Below, in pieces: positions 58,904 to 64,000 of a stretch of 64,000 nucleotides of DNA. Under the pieces are notes generated by a model, which saw only the letters and a program-made list of their open reading frames with translations, did not search any database and was not told the DNA's origin. The DNA comes from Candidatus Sumerlaeaceae bacterium (GTDB taxonomy: Bacteria > Sumerlaeota > Sumerlaeia > Sumerlaeales > Sumerlaeaceae). The position numbers were made by a program, and so were the translations under genes. The first letter of the stretch is position 1. Each line of letters opens with the position of its first letter. The DNA lies in the NCBI GenBank assembly GCA_051003195.1, contig JBPCLP010000011.1, positions 1 through 64,000 of the forward strand, read 5' to 3'.

Positions 58904-61378
58904 GTGTACGATAAAACGCCTTATACGCCCGGGATGCGGGAGGTGATTAAGCTCAGCAAGGCCGAAGCTGGCCGGCTTGGACATGATTACATAGGTCCCG
59001 AGCACTACCTGCTCGGCATCATCCGAAAGGGTGACGGCCTGGCGGTGCAAACTCTGCACAATCTCGAGATCGATCTCGAGGACCTGAAAACGGAACTCGA
59101 GCGCATGCTCGAGGTAGGCAAGGGACCCAACGTCAACCTCTTCTCCCCCAATGCGGAGGCAAAGAAGGTTCTGGATACGACCAAAGAAATCGCGCGACAG
59201 ATGAAGCACAACTGGATCGGCACGGAGCATTTGCTTCTCGGCCTGATCAAGGAAGAGGGCACAGTTGCGGCCAAGTGCCTGCGCAACTTCGGCGTCGATT
59301 TCAGCAAAGCGCAAAAAGAAGTACTCAACGTCATCGACGGCAGCAACTCAACCACGAGCACGAAGAGCAAAGACGCGCCTGAAAAAACCAAGACGCCTGC
59401 CCTGGATACATTCGGACGTGACCTGACGCAGCTCGCGCGTGAAGGCAAGCTCGACCCGGTCATCGGACGCGAAGACGAAATCGAACGCATTCTGCAGATA
59501 CTATGCCGGCGAACGAAGAACAACCCGATCCTCCTTGGCGAGCCCGGCGTTGGCAAGACAGCCATCGTCGAAGGTCTCGCACAAAAGATCGTCTCCGAGG
59601 ATGTGCCTGAAATCCTGCAGGATAAGCGCCTCCTTTCGCTCGACCTCGCAGCAGTGGTTGCCGGTACAAAGTACCGTGGTCAGTTCGAAGAGCGCCTCAA
59701 GGCCATCATGCAGGAAATCCGCCGTAGCCAGGATGTGCTCATCTTCATCGATGAATTGCACACGCTCGTGGGAGCGGGCGCCGCCGAAGGCGCCATCGAC
59801 GCCAGCAACATGCTCAAGCCTGCCCTCAGCCGGGGCGAAATCCAGTGCATCGGTGCCACGACCCTCGAAGAATATCGCAAATACATCGAGAAGGACGGCG
59901 CACTTGAGCGGCGCTTCCAGACCATCACCATTGATCCTCCAACACCCGAACAGACGGTGGAAATCATCAAGGGCCTGAGAAGCCGTTACGAAGCACATCA
60001 CGGCGTCATCATCGCTGACGATGCCATCGAAGCGGCCGTGTTCCTTGCTGACCGCTATATTACCGAGCGTTTCCTGCCGGATAAGGCCATCGACGTGATC
60101 GACGAGGCTGGCAGTCGCGCGCGCTTGCAGCTCAACGTCAAGCCGCAGGAGATCAAAGACCTCGAGAAGAAAACCAACGAGCTCGACGAGAAGCTTCGTC
60201 AGCTTTCCAATGCGCACGAGTTCGAAAAGTGCCAGGAAGTGAAAGTCGAACGCGACGACTCCGTGAAGGAAAAGGAGCGGTTGTTCCGCGAGTGGCAAAC
60301 CCGCAAGAACGACCGCGAGAGCGTCAAGACAATCACGCCCGACGACATCGCGCACATCATTAGCAAGTGGACCGGCATTCCTGTATCAAAGCTCGAAGAA
60401 GCTGAGATGCAGAAGTTGCTCAAAATGGAAGAGGAACTCGGCAAGCGGGTTGTCAGCCAGCACGAGGCCATCGGGGCCGTGGCGCGCGCAATTCGTCGCG
60501 CACGCGCCGGGCTCAAAGATCCCGTGCGGCCAACCGCTTCGTTCGTCTTCCTCGGTCCAACCGGCGTCGGCAAGACCGAGCTCGCAAAGTCCCTCGCGAA
60601 CTTCCTGTTCGGCAACGACGACGCCCTCATCCGCATCGACATGAGCGAGTATATGGAAAAGTACTCGGTCAGCCGCCTGGTTGGCGCCCCTCCCGGATAC
60701 GTGGGATATGAGGAGGGCGGTCAGCTCACCGAGAAGGTGCGGCAGAAACCCTACTCCGTCGTGCTGCTCGACGAAATCGAGAAGGCACACCCCGACGTGT
60801 TCAGCCTGCTGCTGCAGGTGCTCGATGATGGGCGCCTCACCGACAGCTGGGGCCATGTGGTCGACTTCCGCAATACCGTCATCATCATGACCTCAAACGT
60901 CGGCACCAAGAAGCTCAAGAAGGGCGGCACGCTCGGCTTCCTCAACGACAACGAAATGGAAGACTACGAGGCAGTTAAAACAAAGGTGATGGGCGCGATG
61001 AAGCAGCTCTTCAACCCCGAGTTCATCAACCGCATTGATGAAACCATCGTATTCAAGTCGCTCGAGCGCCACGACATCGAGAATATCGTGAACATCATCA
61101 TGGATCGCGTCAACAAGCGCATCAGCGACAAGAACATCCGTCTCCGGCTCAGTGCCGAGGCCCGGGAGTTCCTGGTAACCAAGGGCTACGACAGCGAATA
61201 CGGCGCGCGTCCGTTGAAGCGCACCATCCAGAAGTACATTGAAGACCCGCTGAGCCAGCTCATCATCGAAGGCACCGTACCCGAGGGTGAAGTCATTGCC
61301 GAGCTTGACCCCGTGAAGGAAGAATTGACCTTCCGCGCGGCCAATGAGCTGGCAAAAACTGCCGAAACGGCATCCTGA
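58904..61378 (+). CDS. clpC: ATP-dependent Clp protease ATP-binding subunit ClpC
   Basis: Two Clp N repeats, GEPGVGKT, short UVR-like middle domain, [11 protein letters not shown] loop; GGAGG RBS. Confidence 0.97.
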   Translation: MYDKTPYTPGMREVIKLSKAEAGRLGHDYIGPEHYLLGIIRKGDGLAVQTLHNLEIDLEDLKTELERMLEVGKGPNVNLFSPNAEAKKVLDTTKEIARQMKHNWIGTEHLLLGLIKEEGTVAAKCLRNFGVDFSKAQKEVLNVIDGSNSTTSTKSKDAPEKTKTPALDTFGRDLTQLAREGKLDPVIGREDEIERILQILCRRTKNNPILLGEPGVGKTAIVEGLAQKIVSEDVPEILQDKRLLSLDLAAVVAGTKYRGQFEERLKAIMQEIRRSQDVLIFIDELHTLVGAGAAEGAIDASNMLKPALSRGEIQCIGATTLEEYRKYIEKDGALERRFQTITIDPPTPEQTVEIIKGLRSRYEAHHGVIIADDAIEAAVFLADRYITERFLPDKAIDVIDEAGSRARLQLNVKPQEIKDLEKKTNELDEKLRQLSNAHEFEKCQEVKVERDDSVKEKERLFREWQTRKNDRESVKTITPDDIAHIISKWTGIPVSKLEEAEMQKLLKMEEELGKRVVSQHEAIGAVARAIRRARAGLKDPVRPTASFVFLGPTGVGKTELAKSLANFLFGNDDALIRIDMSEYMEKYSVSRLVGAPPGYVGYEEGGQLTEKVRQKPYSVVLLDEIEKAHPDVFSLLLQVLDDGRLTDSWGHVVDFRNTVIIMTSNVGTKKLKKGGTLGFLNDNEMEDYEAVKTKVMGAMKQLFNPEFINRIDETIVFKSLERHDIENIVNIIMDRVNKRISDKNIRLRLSAEAREFLVTKGYDSEYGARPLKRTIQKYIEDPLSQLIIEGTVPEGEVIAELDPVKEELTFRAANELAKTAETAS

Positions 61379-61423
61379 CGAAATGAGGCCGCTTCCAGCC
61401 TGCTGAATCTAGAGACAATAAAC

Positions 61424-61457
61424 GCGCGGAGGGCCAAAACTCTCCGCGCATTTTTTT
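61424..61457 (+). terminator. Intrinsic terminator of clpC
   Basis: GCGCGGAG/CTCCGCGC stem + A + T7. Confidence 0.8.
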
Positions 61458-61561
61458 ATGGAGGGTTCGTGCTCCCGAACAGTGCTGTCTCAGAACTCCG
61501 TGGACCACGCTAGTTGAATGGCGTTGCATTCTGAAAGTAGTCCCTACTGCTTTGACGCAAT

Positions 61562-61638
61562 GTGCCCGTAGCTCAGTCGGATAGAGCATCGGCCTTCTAA
61601 GCCGAGGGTCGCAGGTTCGATTCCTGCCGGGCACGCCA
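61562..61638 (+). tRNA. tRNA-Arg (TCT)
   Basis: GTGCCCG/CGGGCAC acceptor, TCGGC-CT-TCT-AA-GCCGA anticodon arm, GGTTCGATTCC, encoded CCA. Confidence 0.98.
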
Positions 61639-61650
61639 ACTCTCAGAAGA

Positions 61651-61696
61651 GTAGAGCGGCGCATCCTGCGCCGGTTGAGCGGGCTTCCAGCCTGCT
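61651..61696. repeat. Pair of REP-like palindromes
   Basis: GTAGAG-CGGCGCATCCTGCGCCG and AGCGGGCTTCCAGCCTGCT; GCTTCCAGCCTGCT also at 61391-61404. Confidence 0.5.
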
Positions 61697-61763
61697 GGTG
61701 GCAGCGGCGACCTAACAACCCACACACCCGCCAACATCGAGGTGGGCCACTGCGGTTGACGGC

Positions 61764-61801
61764 TTTCAAGTTTTTCAAGTTTTTCAAGTTTTTTCAAGTT
61801 T
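61764..61801. repeat. Tandem repeat (T)nCAAG x4
   Basis: TTTCAAG TTTTTCAAG TTTTTCAAG TTTTTTCAAG. Confidence 0.9.
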
Positions 61802-62339
61802 GCGGTTTAGAAGCTTGAAAGGCTTGCAGATAAATCAAGTTGGCGAAAAATGGGTAATTTCGCCACTTGAAAAACGGTAATCCTCGCGTAAGAATTCGCG
61901 GGGGCCGTGGATTTCCGGCTTCCATGCGCGATGGGCGGCTTTTCCCGCCGAGCGCAAAGATGGAAAATGCCACGCGGATTGGTCGCAGAAGTCCGTCCAC
62001 AGTCAGTCACGGCGGTCAGGCTGCATAGTTGTCAAAGAACGTGTTCAGCTTACTACGGAGGCAGGTTTACACTGGTAGTGGGGGCGTGTCACTTCCCTGG
62101 CTTACCCTTAAGGTGGGCTAAGTCCAATGAAGTCGAAAAATGTTTTTGGGCGATGTGCTCTGGTGCGTGCGGGCAACTCCGGATGAGGGCCGTTGCTCGA
62201 CGTGCCATGCTGATGAGAACTTCCGTGAGAAAGTTTGAACGTCGAGCGCGCGAAGGGACGCTCTCCCGCGTCGCCGTAACTGATCTTGTCGCGAAGTATC
62301 GCTGCCGCTAGCAAATTAATTAGTGAAAACGTCAACCGT

Positions 62340-62499
62340 GGGGCTGTTGAAAAAGCCAGAACGAGCCGGGCGCCGACTGGTTTCATAAAAACCCGGCTTC
62401 GAGATTTCGCTTCTCCGCGACGATCTCACGCCGAAACGACAAATCAGTCAGGTTTATGAGACCATGCGTTTCGATCTGCCGGGGTTTTTCAACAGCCCC
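62340..62499. mobile_element. 160-bp MITE-like element with perfect 15-bp TIR and 5-bp target-site duplication
   Basis: GGGGCTGTTGAAAAA / TTTTTCAACAGCCCC; ACCGT at 62335-62339 and 62500-62504. Confidence 0.88.
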
Positions 62500-62538
62500 A
62501 CCGTCCCCGAATTTGTTGATCGTCTAATAATGGATTGA

Positions 62539-62567
62539 GTGGCCGCATACGCCGCGTATGCGGTCAC
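62539..62567. other. Near-perfect palindrome downstream of the LamG gene (terminator- or REP-like)
   Basis: GTGGCCGCATACGC-C-GCGTATGCGGTCAC; no poly-T tail. Confidence 0.5.
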
Positions 62568-62579
62568 CCGGCGGCTGTT

Positions 62580-64000
62580 CTATTCGAACATCTGCCAGTC
62601 TGCCGCAGCTGACGGGCTGGCTACTTTCACTGAAACGGTCGCAGGCGTTGAATCTTCGATTCCATCGTTTACCACATATTGGAACGACGTGTAGGGCGTG
62701 CCGGACTCCCCTGCATCCGGAGCAAAGATGACGCGCGACTGAGCGTCCGTGATGGTCGTCGGAGCAACTGTTATGGCAGCGCCACGTGATCCGGCGTTAT
62801 ACTGATATAAAACGCCCTGCGCAGGCAGCGACGTAACCTTGGCGGTAAGTGCGGAAGCATTAGCGTCAAAGCCAGCAAGCGTAACCACCGCATCTGTATT
62901 CAGTGGGGTGTTTACCTCGTTAATTCCAGGGCTTCCGGCCCTCCATGCCGGGCCATTAACCAGGGTGCCGTTGGCTGCGCTGGCAGAACTATCCAGCGCG
63001 ACGGTTCCCGTGGTATTATCAAGGCGATAGTATCGCACCAGCCCGGTCTCGCTTCCCGTACGCTGATTCGCCTTCCGGGCCCCAATTTCAAATGAGCTGA
63101 GAACCTTGTTCCAGATTCTTACTTCGTCGAGCAGGCCATCATAGAAACCCAGGTTGGTCTGAAGGCTCCCAAGACGCAGATCTGGCGGAGCTGTCAGGGA
63201 CTGCGTACCGGCGGTGCCTGATGATGCGAGTGCCCCATCGACGTAAAGTTTGATTGTTCCGCTGGCAGCTTCACGTGTGGCGGCCACATGATGCCATGCA
63301 CCGTCGGCTTTAACGCCGCTTTGGATCGTTACATCAGGGTTACCGATCCCAAAAAGAACCTTCCCCGCTCCCAGGGTCACACCGAAATCATCCGCAGCTC
63401 CAGGTACTTCGCCGTCTACAAGGCCTTTACCCTGCCACCATTGTACGTCGCCGCCTGTAACCTCTGTGGACTTAAACCAGAATTCGATCGTGAAGTCGCC
63501 CTGAACGGGGCGGGCGAACTGTACGTAGCTGTCAATTCCATCGAACGCCAGTGCGGATCCGCCCAGCGACGCTACCGGGGCGAGGTTTGGAATCTCTACA
63601 ATTTCAACAGCATCCAGTAGCATGGTATTGTCCCCGCTGCCTTCGAGGTTTTCGATCTTCAGTTCAAAAGTGCCCGGACCGGGTGAAGGGAACTGGGCAG
63701 TGACCCCCCAGAATGTATTTCCGGTCCCGGCTAGTCCTGTAGCGGACACACTTGCGATAGGTCCCGTTGTTACGACGGCGGCGCCCGCGACGGAGACCCT
63801 TAGGCGTGGCTTTATGGGCGTAGCTCTGCGGGAATTAACCAGCATGCGCAACTCGTAGCTTTTGTTCGCCTCAAAGCCGGCAACGTTTTGCGCAAGGAAA
63901 TTTGGGCTCTGAATGAAGGCCACCTGGGTTCCACTGGTCGTCACCCCATTATCCCAGAAAGGACCGCTTGTATTATTAACTCCGGAATTAGCGCCGCTTG
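62580..64000 (-). CDS. Extracellular LamG (concanavalin-like) + cadherin/Ig-like domain protein, 5' truncated
   Basis: ALAFDGIDSYV, FTIEFW, WHHVA, LYVDG, DEVRIWN, then SFQYVVNDG..DS.PATV; frame open to window end; ends SAAADWQMFE. Confidence 0.85.
   Translation of the reverse strand, partial: SGANSGVNNTSGPFWDNGVTTSGTQVAFIQSPNFLAQNVAGFEANKSYELRMLVNSRRATPIKPRLRVSVAGAAVVTTGPIASVSATGLAGTGNTFWGVTAQFPSPGPGTFELKIENLEGSGDNTMLLDAVEIVEIPNLAPVASLGGSALAFDGIDSYVQFARPVQGDFTIEFWFKSTEVTGGDVQWWQGKGLVDGEVPGAADDFGVTLGAGKVLFGIGNPDVTIQSGVKADGAWHHVAATREAASGTIKLYVDGALASSGTAGTQSLTAPPDLRLGSLQTNLGFYDGLLDEVRIWNKVLSSFEIGARKANQRTGSETGLVRYYRLDNTTGTVALDSSASAANGTLVNGPAWRAGSPGINEVNTPLNTDAVVTLAGFDANASALTAKVTSLPAQGVLYQYNAGSRGAAITVAPTTITDAQSRVIFAPDAGESGTPYTSFQYVVNDGIEDSTPATVSVKVASPSAAADWQMFE

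Noticed and set aside
61764..61801. Tandem repeat as a CRISPR array
   Set aside because: 9-10 bp units with no spacers and no cas genes
62195..62247. Hammerhead-like CTGATGA core with stem II inside a GCTCGACGT/ACGTCGAGC helix
   Set aside because: GAAA core is incomplete (GAAC), with no NUH site or stem I; at most a degenerate hairpin. An Infernal scan would settle it
61907..62386. 134-aa and 92-aa ORFs in the post-tRNA region
   Set aside because: No recognisable motifs; one starts inside the MITE

Overview
GC-rich bacterial chromosomal window made mostly of housekeeping genes: carB 3' end, dnaE, typA, folK, xseB, dxs, trpS, scpA/scpB, bcp, an M16 peptidase pair, gltD, pgk, comF, purN, purB, psd/pssA, mltG, dgt, clpC, tRNA-His(GTG) and tRNA-Arg(TCT). 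The pilin type (GFTLIELLIVVAII...PNFLEAQVRAK...YDPTNGTVSSGD) and the C-terminal 'SAAADWQMFE' tail suggest Candidatus Sumerlaeota (BRC1); this is recalled, not verified. I found no CRISPR array, integrase, transposase, reverse transcriptase or prophage. The best leads are: (1) small non-autonomous elements sharing GGGGCTGTTGAAAAA terminal inverted repeats and 5-bp target duplications but carrying different internal cargo; (2) a GH105 / unknown secreted protein / myo-inositol oxygenase / PhyH dioxygenase cluster; (3) possible lineage-specific secretion or sorting components (DW-x-x-F C-terminal tag, YDPTNG pilin, enlarged PilO-like protein, pilin-like lipoprotein); (4) a switch-like structured leader upstream of clpC; (5) a MoxR-DUF58-DUF4129 operon without a transglutaminase domain; (6) an aquaporin lacking the selectivity-filter Arg; (7) a 54-aa membrane ORF missed by the ORF track. 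All protein calls come from motif recognition by eye, with no database search.
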